Shown: one piece after another, positions 28,356-39,157 of the stretch | Layout: the number at the start of each line of letters is the position of its first letter | Position numbering within the stretch: the stretch's first letter is position 1 | Assembly: GCA_044892525.1 (NCBI GenBank) | Contig: CM097887.1 | Location: 23,622,001 to 23,686,000, forward strand | Length of the DNA stretch: 64,000 bases | Reading direction: 5' to 3' | Source: Schmidtea polychroa | Taxonomy: Eukaryota | The notes under the pieces: model-generated | Told to the model about the DNA's origin: nothing | Database searches by the model: none | The model's input: only the letters and a program-made list of their open reading frames with translations | Made by a program: the position numbers and the translations under genes

Positions 28356-29369
28356 CACAGGTATACGTAAGGGAGATCAATCGTAAGTCATGAAGGGTGT
28401 TTAGGGAAAAAACCTGAGCATAACATCAACCACCCTAAGCACCCAACACAATTTTGTCGACACAAGACATATTCGAACTGGGCAACTTCCTTTGATGCTT
28501 CCTCGATCGATTGAATCTGCTGGATTGATAGTTTTCACTGAAACTTTGGAGAATTTGGATAAAAAGTTTTGATAAAAATTAAGAAAGTGAAATATAGAGA
28601 GTTTTAAAAACTATGGTTTTGTGGTTAAATAATTAAGTCTTGAAAATGACCTTTCTCCAGTACAACTAGTGACTATTAAACTGAGAGACAGTCGCAAAAT
28701 TGATTACACATTTTATATTAACATGTCTTTCATATTACAGAGCTAACATGAATATAAAAGAACGTAGGGATATCAGTGAGCCGAACGCGCTGATATTAAT
28801 TTATACATTTTGAATGTTTATTTATTAGTCATATGCGTAGAATTTCTCCTTATTTTCGGTCCAATGTATCAGTGATCACTGTTTTTAGAATAGTGTAATT
28901 TTAATTTTATCAACAATTTCAATATAAGCCCCTCTTGATCTTGAGGACCTAGACTGAAGCCTAGATAGTTGATAGGAAAATCCCGCCCTGCTTATACGAT
29001 GGGAATAATATAAACAAAATTTCTGTTTTATTATAAAGTAAGCACATATGCACAGTAACAAATTTGAACTGCTACTGCCTAATGCACAGATGAACAAGTC
29101 AAAAATACAATCTTTGACTCTCAGCCAATATTTTCTCACGTGGAAACATACGTTTCTGGTCATGAAGAGGTTAACTATTTTTCAAAAAATTATTTTTGTT
29201 TGATAATTATCCTCCTTGCCATAATGTGTGTATTACATTTGTTGGGGCTGGGCTCGCTTAGGCAGCAATTTTGATAGCCATATAGAGGCTAGGGTTATAA
29301 TTATAATAATAATAAATAATTACTTATTAATAAAAATAGAAATAATTCCTATAAATAAGTTAAGATAAG

Positions 29370-29373
<4 letters not shown>

Positions 29374-29453
<80 letters not shown>
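29374..29453. repeat. (TA)n microsatellite, ~40 units
   Basis: Direct inspection. Confidence 0.95.
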
Positions 29454-29454
<1 letters not shown>

Positions 29455-30359
29455 TATAATTAACTAAGTTATGAAATTTATAAACATAAATATGTGAACG
29501 ATAACTCAAAAATTAGAGAAAAAGTTTGTGTTTCGCTGAATCAATATTGATTACAAGCCACTTCCAGAAAACACTACCAGCTGAGCAATAAGCAATAATT
29601 AACAGCCGCAAATTTGGAAAGTTATTCAAAGAACACAAAAGAAGCAAAGCATTGAATTATAATAAATTCCAGCTGTCGCTCATTTAGAATTGTATAAAAG
29701 GAGATTCTCAAATCGAGAAATTAGAACGGAGAGAATACTGAAAAAGCTATATCAGCTTAAAGTTACTCGTGAAACCAGAAAGAAAATTAAACGATATAGG
29801 ATTCTTAACCATAAGGTTATTTGAATTCTATTTAATAATAATTTTGTTAATTTAAAAATTTCACAACCTGAAGCCGACTCGTCTGAACAATAAAAATTGC
29901 ACACAAGAAGCAGCAATTCGGCCTGACTTGCTCGTCGGCTTAAAAGTTTAGAACGGAATCACTTTAGGAAACGTTAGACCGACCTTGGTCTAATCGATTG
30001 CGCAAACTTCGGAGAACCCCTCCATCTTGACCAATTCTTTTATACAGCGCTGAGAGGCATTAGTTTCAGCGTTCGAATAACCGATTTCTTTGCTTAGAAA
30101 TTAGCGGCATTTTTGGGCTACACAATATTCAATTTTGTATATTTTGTGCATAATAAATAAATCTTTAAAAAAGTATCAAAGTCTTGGTTAAATCATATTA
30201 TTTAAATATTTACACGCATATATTTCTATACATCTTTGAAGTCAGATATAGTCTGTGTTAGGAAGAATCTATCCACCAGAACCTAACACATTTATGTATT
30301 TTTTCGTGTGCATTATAATTATGGATTTATCTTATATTTTGTTTTATTAAGCTTTAGAT

Positions 30360-30930
30360 CAATGGTGGCCAACCTGCGCCCGCGGAGCACATGCTAATAT
30401 TTTATTCTTTTAATTTGCGAAACCACTAAAAGAACATTGTACAATGCATAGTTCGTATCATATCTCATATATGGAAGTATCTCAGAACATTAATTCAACC
30501 ATCATTACAATTTCTTCCATGGTATATTTGTGTATCCATTGTGTGCGTTTTCGTCATGTGACTCATGAGAATTTACGATCGACTTTTATATATACATTGA
30601 TAAGAATACAAGCTGCTATCCTGTATTAGTTAAAAAAGAAGACCCACAATGAGATCAAGTAGTAAAAACGTTGAACCAAAGAAGAGACGAGTTCCTGAAG
30701 AACTGAGAAGTTTGTAAGACAGATGAACTAAAAAACTATTTTTTCGTGGAATTTGAAACAAAGCGAATATGCTTGATATGCAATAATTCTGTTTCTGTTT
30801 TGAAAGAGTATATCATTAAACGGCATTAAGTTTGATAAGTATGAAGGGCAATTTCAATAAGACCAAACAAATGAATTAAAAAGAAAACTTTCTGCACAAC
30901 ATCGGATATGTAATAGAGCGGCTCAAAAGT
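30360..30930 (+). mobile_element. hAT (GTF2IRD2-like) 5' remnant
   Basis: Terminus-like CAATGGTGGCCAACCTGCGCCCGCGG; degenerate FFVEFETKRICLICNNSVSVLKEYIIKRH. Confidence 0.7.
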
Positions 30931-31082
30931 CAACATGCTATGGAAAAGCATATGCAGTGGCAAAAAAATCGAAGTATATAGGGTATTTCGGTATTATATA
31001 TTTACATTTCAAAATTATATATTGAAATTTCAAAATTATATATTTATATTTCAAGATTATATATTTTGATGCGAATTTAAAA

Positions 31083-31540
31083 ATGATTATTAGAAAATTA
31101 ATGGAAGAATCAACTATTTTAACTCCGAACACACCTCAACGTAAGACACGAACTCCTGTCAACCTAGAAAAAATCAATACAATAAATCGACTTAAGCAAT
31201 CAGGTCAATGCACAAAATTTATCGCCGAAACATTAAATCTAAGTATATCAACAATTACTAAATTATTGAATAATATCCACTGTTGTAACGAAGAAAATCG
31301 AGAACTAAATACTATTCTTAAAAAGAGCAATAACAAGAAGATGAATAAATAAATCATCACGAACGGTTTCTACTGATGTGATTAACCAACGAAAAGTATA
31401 TTCAAGAGAAATGCGACTTATTCCCAAGTGAAAATTAATTTTTTTAGATGAGAGTGGATTTAATCTCCACACAGGTGCTCATTATGGATACTCACCTGTC
31501 AAGGTTGACGCTTTTCAAATATTGCCATCAAACAGAAGCA
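31083..31540 (+). mobile_element. IS630/Tc1-like transposase 5' fragment
   Basis: HTH (IAETLNLSISTITKLL), then FLDESGFNLHTGAHYGYSP...ILPSNRS with the first catalytic Asp. The frame runs straight into the cassette ORF below. Confidence 0.75.
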
Positions 31541-34500
31541 GGACAGGTAACTCTAGAATTACAGAAGAATGTGGGAGAAGCTGGACCCGAATCATGCGAC
31601 TCTCTGGAATTCCAAACTCAGATGCGACCCGATACATTATGAGCATTCTGCTGGAGACAAACGATCACAGCCGAGAAGGAGATTGCATGGCCCTCAAGCT
31701 TCTTACCTCAATAACCAAGAAGACAGAGGAGGAATATGAGATAAACAGGCGAGATTGTTTGGATTTTTCTAATAATTTAAATAACCTTAATAATAAATTA
31801 AAAAAGAATTCTCAAACCCAAAAATCTTTAAATGATGATAGCCTTTTTGACCAAAACAGAAATGAATACAACAAGATTGTTAATAGCTTTATAAATCCTA
31901 CCCTGCAATATATGCCTATTGACAGGGGAAACGTAGATCTTAATCCGAATAAGCCCAGTTATAGAGACGCCCTTATTGGAAGCAAATCATCTTATAATAA
32001 ACTCCCCATGGGAAAATCCTTCTCTGTGCCTCCAAATAATAAGACGGTATCTAATAATCATCGAAATACCCTTAAAGACTTCGAAACTGAAACTATGCCA
32101 ACACCAGTACCAATTAATGATAATAAAAATAGACCTACTAATAACCCAAATAGGAACAATAATCTTGGTTCTAACAGATCAAAAACCAGTTATTATGATA
32201 ATAAAAACAATTTGCATTATAATACATTGAATCATTATTCTAATAATTATGAAACTACTTCTTATAAAAATTCAAATAAACTGAATCATAATGATATTAA
32301 AGCTACCTCTACTAATAACTCTAATGATTATACAATCACCGGAATATTAATTGCATGGAGAAACCCGATTAAAAATGATTACATGATAAATGTAAACGAG
32401 GCATTCACAAGAGGGGAAAATACGTTGATGAGGGAAGCAATGAAAGGACACAATTTATTCGAAATTCCAAACCAATTATTAGAACGAGGAATAAAGTTCA
32501 CGAACCATAAAGACGAACAGCTACTAAAGAAACGAATCGACACCTTCGAAAAATCAATATTTCAGTTCATAAACAAAGTATGAGATAGATATTGGGTTAG
32601 TGTATTATATATGATGAATACGATGAACAATATCCGCGAGAATTACCTAGACATTATTCAAGTACTTACAGCAGAAGAACGAATCAATAACTCAACCGGA
32701 AAGGAAATAAAAATAAAGAAAGGAGTATCAAAGGAACCGAAGTCGCAAACGAATCAAACTACAACAAATAACGTTACCGAAACAAAACTAATAAATTCAG
32801 ATCAAGAAACAATAATACGCAAAGCCAAAGAAGTGTTCTTCGAAGAAATGCAAGAGTTATCAGACGAAATGATATTGTCAAAAATAATGAAAACCGTACA
32901 TACGTATGCAAGAGATCAAACAACGAATTTAGATATAGGGAAAATCAAAACCTTCATGCCACGAGCATTCACTATGGTAACAAAAGATCAACGAACACCA
33001 TTACAACAGGCAATACTGGCAGCAAAAGAAAACCGAGCGATAACGATCATATGAATCCTCAGAGATTTGGGTGACGAAACCAACACGAAAAACGAACAGG
33101 GCGAAACAGCGATGATGTATGCAGCTATAACAAAAATACACCCAAAAACACTACACATACTACATCAATCCGGATCAAGACTAGACGAGATATCAAACGA
33201 AGGAAACTCCACAATGGATTGGGCAACCATACAGCCAAACCTAGAATTGATCAGATTTATTTGCAAAAATGCGACAAGAGAGGAAGTTGAAAATATCTGC
33301 AAAAACACATCTCAATTCCAGTGGAATACCGTACGAAAAAATCTGGAAGCAATGAAATTACTATTAACATGGAAAATACCGCAAAGTAATAAATACGCGA
33401 TAAACGTAAACGAATTTTATGAAAACGGAGAAAATGCGATGGTCAAAAATACATTAACTAAAGGGGGGACACCAAAAATCATACTAATTGTATTAAATAG
33501 AGAAGATCTGAGATTCACAAAAAACCAAAACGAACAGCAACGAATTGGAAAACACCGCCGTGTACAACTAAGAGAATTAGTAAAAGAATGGAATCGGAAA
33601 AGACACGCAGCAACCGGAAGAAAGGAGTTCGAATTTGAAGCTAAATTAGCAAGAAATAGAGTGTTAACAGCATATCGCAGACTATTGAACGATATAAATG
33701 TCGAGGACGACATTTTAAACGACGGCGGGGGAGACAAAGACGATGATAATGACGGGAAAGGTCAAAAGGAAGATAAAGAGAAAAGAAAGCCGGATGAGAA
33801 TAACCAAGAAAACAAAGACCCAGGTACGGAAAAGGAGGGAAACAACCCGGAGAACGAGATGAAAGGGGAGGAAAAAACAAATAATGGAAAACAGAGGGTA
33901 TGCCTACCTTTCACCAACAAAGAAATGGAAACAAATATGATATTATTGATAATTGTGCTGACCATGATAGAGTTAGTAACAGCCCATGGAGGAACGAGAA
34001 CGATAGAAGAGACCAAAGAAGCGGATAATCACGACAACAAACAGGAAGAACTAAAACAAGAAAAGAAAAAGCAAGTGCAAGAGCAACAATGGGATCTAAA
34101 AGAGGAATGGAATCTAAAGGAAAGGTGTATACTAGGAAGATGCATGTCTAGAGCATATCAGAGATTAGTGTTGATAAACGAGGACACAGAACCAATAACG
34201 GAAGTGGGAATACAAGAAGCATACCAACATCGAAACGGGAAGAGAATAACGAAGGTAAAATGGAAGGAGATACACCTAGGGAAAGGAGGCGAGATAGCGA
34301 TAACAGAACTCCAACCAAGGAAAGAACACAAAGTCTGTATCTCAAGGTTAGGACCGGGAGAAAACTGCCTACAATATGTAATACAGCAACAACCACCAAA
34401 AGAATATACGGTCTGTATCATAAGGAAAGGACCGGAAAGGGAATGCCGACGATACCCGGGGAAAAGAGGAAAGAAAAGAAAAATCAACGACAAAGGAGAA

Positions 34501-34974
34501 GAGAAGGAAAAACGCAAGAAAACCAATGAGAAAAACCAAGACAATTATGTGTCAGAAGAAGAAATGGAAAAAATACAAAATATGGCAAAAGAAGGTATCA
34601 GCGAGGAGATAGCAAGAATACGAGGGATGATGAAGGGAAATGGGAAAAGGGGAATCGAGAAAAACACAAAGACGGTATCAACAATTACGAACAAAGAAAA
34701 ATCAGAAATTATCAGCGTAAATCAGATGATATGGATCAGTGGAATAATAATAACCCGAGCGTTCATAATTATAACGGGGGGGGACGATAAAAATAATCCG
34801 AGACAAAAGACAGCGTCACCAACTCGAAATGATCAGAGTCAGAAATTTCCAACATCGAGTGAAAAGACCCAGCAAAATAAGCCAAGAACAGTGGATGGAG
34901 GCCTGGAATACGCAGCGCCCTCCAAATCCACGGATATAGAAAGGGTTATGACTGTATATAATTGTAAAAAGTAA
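31540..34974 (+). pseudogene. Cassette ORF1: ~1145-codon ankyrin-repeat / membrane protein, 5' end missing, two in-frame TGA
   Basis: ORFs 31522-32583, 32611-33054 and 33067-34974 are one frame broken only by TGA at 32581 and 33052. Order: Asn-rich region, three ankyrin repeats (RTPLQQAI, GETAMMYAA, GNSTMDWA), charged linker, hydrophobic MILLIIVLTMIELVTA, tandem Cys motif (KEHKVC..C / KEYTVC..C), second hydrophobic segment. Confidence 0.7.
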
Positions 34975-35101
34975 GTATATCTTATGTATATAACAGTACC
35001 ATATTTTTATATAAACGCGGTATAAATATTATAAAAGCTCGGGTAAATAAACAATATAAAATTAAATAAGACAAAGATTGAGAATGTATATAAAATTAAG
35101 A

Positions 35102-35461
35102 ATGGATCAAGTAAATCACGAAATAAACCACAACATCGCAACCGAAGACATGTGGAAGCAACAATGCGCTGTGCTAGCACAATTAGTATCTAATCTACAA
35201 GAGCAAGGACTTACGATGCAAAGAAACCTAGTCGATAGTCTAAACAGAGGATTTAGTTATTTAAAAATAATTGAGGATCAGAGGATAAAAATCGAACAAA
35301 TGCAAAGAGAGATAGAACGGATAACACGATATAGTCAGAGACAAGAAATCGAATTAGAGAGAATGGCGGAAGAAGCAGAACAAGAAGAAATGGAAGACTG
35401 GTCAGAATGGTTAATGAGGAGAGAGGAGGGCGGACATGAAGCCGACTCGTCTGAACCATAA
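35102..35461 (+). CDS. Cassette ORF2: small coiled-coil protein with acidic tail
   Basis: Open ORF with heptads. ATG at 35102 follows TTAAG-A. Confidence 0.6.
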   Translation: MDQVNHEINHNIATEDMWKQQCAVLAQLVSNLQEQGLTMQRNLVDSLNRGFSYLKIIEDQRIKIEQMQREIERITRYSQRQEIELERMAEEAEQEEMEDWSEWLMRREEGGHEADSSEP

Positions 35462-35545
35462 ATAAAACCCAAACTAGATGTAAATAATTGTAAATAAAAT
35501 ATCGAACCTGTATCGATAAGAAACTATATGTATATAATTGTAGAC

Positions 35546-36881
35546 ATGGATAAAGAGAGACGAGAGGAGTTTAACGTAATCATTGAACTAGTCAGAAATT
35601 CCACAGTAATCAAAATACAAAAACATGTTATGTGCGGAATATGTGAAAAGTTGTTAAAAGAACCCCATCAAACCAAATGCGGATGCAGATTATGCAAAAA
35701 ATGCATAGAAGAAACAATAAAAAACAGACCACAGTGGTGTCCGGTATGTAAAGAGACACTGATATCAAGTTTAGAAGATACCAATGAAGATAAGGCCGCA
35801 GTAAAAGATATGTTGAACGCTAATCTGGGATGCAAAAATACTCCATGCGAGTGGAAAGGATTAATATGGAAAGTAAAACAACATATGGGGGAATGTATGT
35901 ATAGAGTCAGCCAGTGTGAACGATGCCAGAAAATAATCCAAGCTAACGAAGAAAAAGAACATCAAAGTCAATGTGAAGAAAGGCTAGAAATATGTGAGTA
36001 TTGCGGAGAGATAGACACATGGAAAAACTTAACCATCAAACATCACAATGTACAAGAAGAACAGGTATGCGCTGAATTCTGTGGTGAATGCCCAAATGGA
36101 TGTGATAAAGGCGGAAGGATAAAAATAGCACAGCACTTAAAGGAATGTGAAAAGAAAAGAATGATATGTGTACTAGGCAAATGGGGCTGTCGGAAACTAC
36201 TACACCGAGGGGAATTACCACACCACTTAACAGAAAATGTAGCCACTCACGCAGAAATGTGGTCAACTGCGTTACAAGAAAATGAAGAAAAGGTTTAACA
36301 AATGGAGATAGAAATAACATCGTTGAAAGCATTGGTAAAGGAACTATTGGAGGAAAGAGAAGCGTTCGAGGAAGCCCGAGCAAACATAAAGATGCAAATA
36401 AATCGGATAGAGATCAGTAATAATCAGGCCAAGGAACTACATCAGAAAATAAACGAAATAAATCTAAACGAGGTAATACCAACAGCGCCTTATATATGGA
36501 AAATAACAGGAGTAAAAGAAAAGATACGAAAAGCAAAAACTGGGGAAGAGACAAGAATAACAAGTCCTGCATTCCATTCTTGGAAGAACGGGTATAAAAT
36601 GAAAATGAAGATATATCCCAACGGGGACGGAACCGGATTAGATACACACTTTTCGATAATCTTTCTGTTATGTAAAGAGGAATATGACGAAATATTAGAA
36701 TGGCCGTTTCAGGCAAAAGTCGACATTATAATAATGAACGATCAAAGCATACACGAGCAAAGCTTCAAAACAACGGGGAATCAGATAGCCTACCAGAGAC
36801 CCCTCGACGAAGAAGGATCAGCAACGGGAGCACCTACGTTCATTCTGCAACGGAAAGTGGAAGAGATGACGAGAAACGACA

Positions 36882-36957
<76 letters not shown>

Positions 36958-36996
36958 ATGACAGTGAGGAAAGACGGAAAGAGCCGAACAGAGTAG
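35546..36996 (+). pseudogene. TRAF: Cassette ORF3: intronless TRAF-family protein (RING, TRAF zinc fingers, coiled coil, MATH)
   Basis: RING CGIC...CGCRLCKKC...CPVC; CKNTPCEWKG; CERC/CEYC/CPNGC fingers; MATH YIWKI...GYKMKMKIYPNGDGTG..HFS...EYDEILEWPF. One in-frame TAA at 36296. A (TA)n expansion shifts the last strand DTIYIKMTV out of frame. The specific paralog is not assignable. Confidence 0.92.
36884..36954. repeat. (AT)35 microsatellite inside the TRAF MATH domain
   Basis: 71 nt AT run in place of the ATA TAT ATA codons. Confidence 0.95.
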
Positions 36997-37182
36997 CCAG
37001 TGTGAATAATGTTGTATATAATTTGTATATATCGGTGCATATAACCAATAAAATAGTATATAATAAAGGTATGGGAACCTCAAATACGACAACCCAAAAA
37101 TGAAGCGAAAAATCTGTGAAAAACATTAATTGAATAATAAAATTGTTACAAAAATGAATTTATCAATACCTCTAATTTAGAA

Positions 37183-38091
37183 ATGACACAAGAGCAAATA
37201 ACCACAAGTACTGAGGGTCCAGCAATAATCAGAATTAGTGAGGAAAACAAGAGGAAGTGGACTACAGTAATGTCTCAATTAGCCAACCTAACTAGAAATC
37301 ACATTGAAGAGGCTAGGGAGTATGAAAATAATAAATATCGATGGCTAGTAGACAATTTGAGAGCCGAGGCAGAAGCGTGCAAAAGAGCCTCTAAGTGGGC
37401 GTCGTTAGAAAATACCCGTCAGGAAGCGCACAGTCACTACCTAAAACAGCTAGTGCAAGAAGCAAGAAAGAGACTTACTGATGAGAACACAAAACGAGAA
37501 GCGGAAAAGCAAAGAGAAGGAAGGAAAATGATCCACCTATTGGCAGAAGCCAGGAAATGGAAGCGACAAAGCAGAGAGATAATAAAGGAAATGAAGGAAT
37601 TGCCTACGAGATTAAAATACGAAAGCGAACAGGGCAAATGGGAGGAGAATCTAATCCTAAAGGAGGAACAAAAACGGCTAAGAAAAATTGCCGCCCGAAG
37701 TCAAACATGGCAGACTAAGGCCATGGAGTTTGAAAGACACTTAGCAATGAAGATCTCCATAAGGGAACACGAAAATGCCGCAATGGAAGAGATGATACTA
37801 CAGCAATCGGGACGAGTCGTGGAATTAGCAAATAAAGTCGCCGAGCTAGAACGGGATAACAATGGGTATAAAGGAGCTCTGGAACAGAGAAATATGGTAC
37901 TGGAGGGGAAAAATAAAAAGCTAGAGATCGAAAGGAAAATGTATGATGAAAATATTAAAAATTTAGAAATAGAGATCGAAAAATGGAAGGGCGACGAAAA
38001 AATCAAGGCACTAGACAGACAAATAGAGGTGAAGGACGAGGTACCTCACCTATTTGCTCGACGAGGAACTCAACATTTCAAGGGCACTTAG
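37183..38091 (+). CDS. Cassette ORF4: 302 aa E/K/R-rich coiled-coil protein
   Basis: Open ORF with continuous helical/heptad character. ATG follows TTTAG-AA. Confidence 0.7.
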   Translation: MTQEQITTSTEGPAIIRISEENKRKWTTVMSQLANLTRNHIEEAREYENNKYRWLVDNLRAEAEACKRASKWASLENTRQEAHSHYLKQLVQEARKRLTDENTKREAEKQREGRKMIHLLAEARKWKRQSREIIKEMKELPTRLKYESEQGKWEENLILKEEQKRLRKIAARSQTWQTKAMEFERHLAMKISIREHENAAMEEMILQQSGRVVELANKVAELERDNNGYKGALEQRNMVLEGKNKKLEIERKMYDENIKNLEIEIEKWKGDEKIKALDRQIEVKDEVPHLFARRGTQHFKGT

Positions 38092-38401
38092 AGATGAAAT
38101 TCACAAGCTGAGAGCTCAAATTCCCCAACACTATGTACCTTACGACCCCGTTGCTATCCAGTTACGGTCTTCAGTCGAGAGCGACGAAGGATACGTGGGG
38201 CAAGAGGAGACCTTCGTGTAAATAAATACTATGATTAAAAAGACAAAAAAATTATAAAATCGGGACCTATATCCCAAACAAAAAAATTAAAGGTATAGTA
38301 AAAGTATCCAAGGGACTGTAACCCTAATTATCTAAAATTGCATATGAATGTATAAGTATAAGCCGCATTATAGCGCACTATTAATTGTACATATTATAGA
38401 C

Positions 38402-39103
38402 ATGAAGATTGAAGAAATAGTAGAGCTCATGAGTGACGTAGAAGAAAGAGAGATGGAAGCAGAAACCACAGAAACACAAATGCTAAAGGAAGAGTTATGG
38501 GAAGAGAAGCGTGAAAACGAGAGATTAGTAAACAAATACATAGAAGACCGGAAAATAATAAAAGTACTAAAGAAAGAGTGTAAAGTATTAGGAGAAGTAA
38601 AGAGAAAAGTTGAAGAGGAAAACGAATGACTTCACGAACAAAGGAAGCGAGGGAAAAACTGGGAAAAGATCGCGGAAGAATTATGGCAAGAAAGAGCCAG
38701 TAGAAAAGCAGACGAAGTAATTAGCGATTATTGGAAAACAGAGGCACGGAAACACCAAGAAAGCCTGAAAGAGTTACAACTCCAACTACATCATAAACAA
38801 AAGGAATGTGAAATAATGAGAAGAATGAACCACAAATACCAAGAAATAGACGATGAGAAGAGAAACAGAGAAGATGGAGAAAGAGAAAAGTACTTTCTAC
38901 AACTGATGAATCATAAAAACTTAGAGAGAGCCACCCAAGAAATAAAAGTATTAAAAAGAAAAATAAAAATCCTAAAACAACAGGTAGATGAAAAAGACAA
39001 ACAACTAGAAGTACTACCCGAATTAAGAAAACGGGTAATAAAAGCAGAAACTAAAGTGATGAGAGCATCTGAGAAAGCCCGAAAAAAGAAAGCCCTTCAA
39101 TAA
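38402..39103 (+). pseudogene. Cassette ORF5: coiled-coil protein with one in-frame TGA (38627)
   Basis: ORFs ending 38629 and starting 38816 share a frame with no other stop. ATG at 38402 follows TATAG-AC. Confidence 0.7.
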
Positions 39104-39157
39104 TTAAAGATGAATAATCGATGTGAATAATGGTAAATAAAAAATATGTATAATAGT

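Larger units (their letters stand above)
24303..28448 (+). mobile_element. LTR-A: ~4.15 kb probable solo LTR of a giant-LTR retroelement family
   Basis: Ends TGTTGG...CCAACA. Flanks CTAT/CAAT (4 bp TSD with one mismatch). A reading frame in the flanks rejoins when the unit is removed. Same ordered architecture as LTR-B: A-rich tract, CCAAT, TATA, AATAAA, intron, homologous ORF, conserved structure. Confidence 0.65.

Noticed and set aside
33417-38006. Minus-strand ORFs over the cassette and the (IY)n ORFs at 36700-37126
   Set aside because: Antisense shadows of A-rich coding DNA and microsatellite translations.
32581-38629. TGA recoding (Trp/Sec or readthrough) in the cassette
   Set aside because: FUCA and several cassette ORFs end in TGA, Trp is encoded by TGG, and Arg fits the ankyrin context. 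A TAA lesion is also present, so simple mutation explains it.
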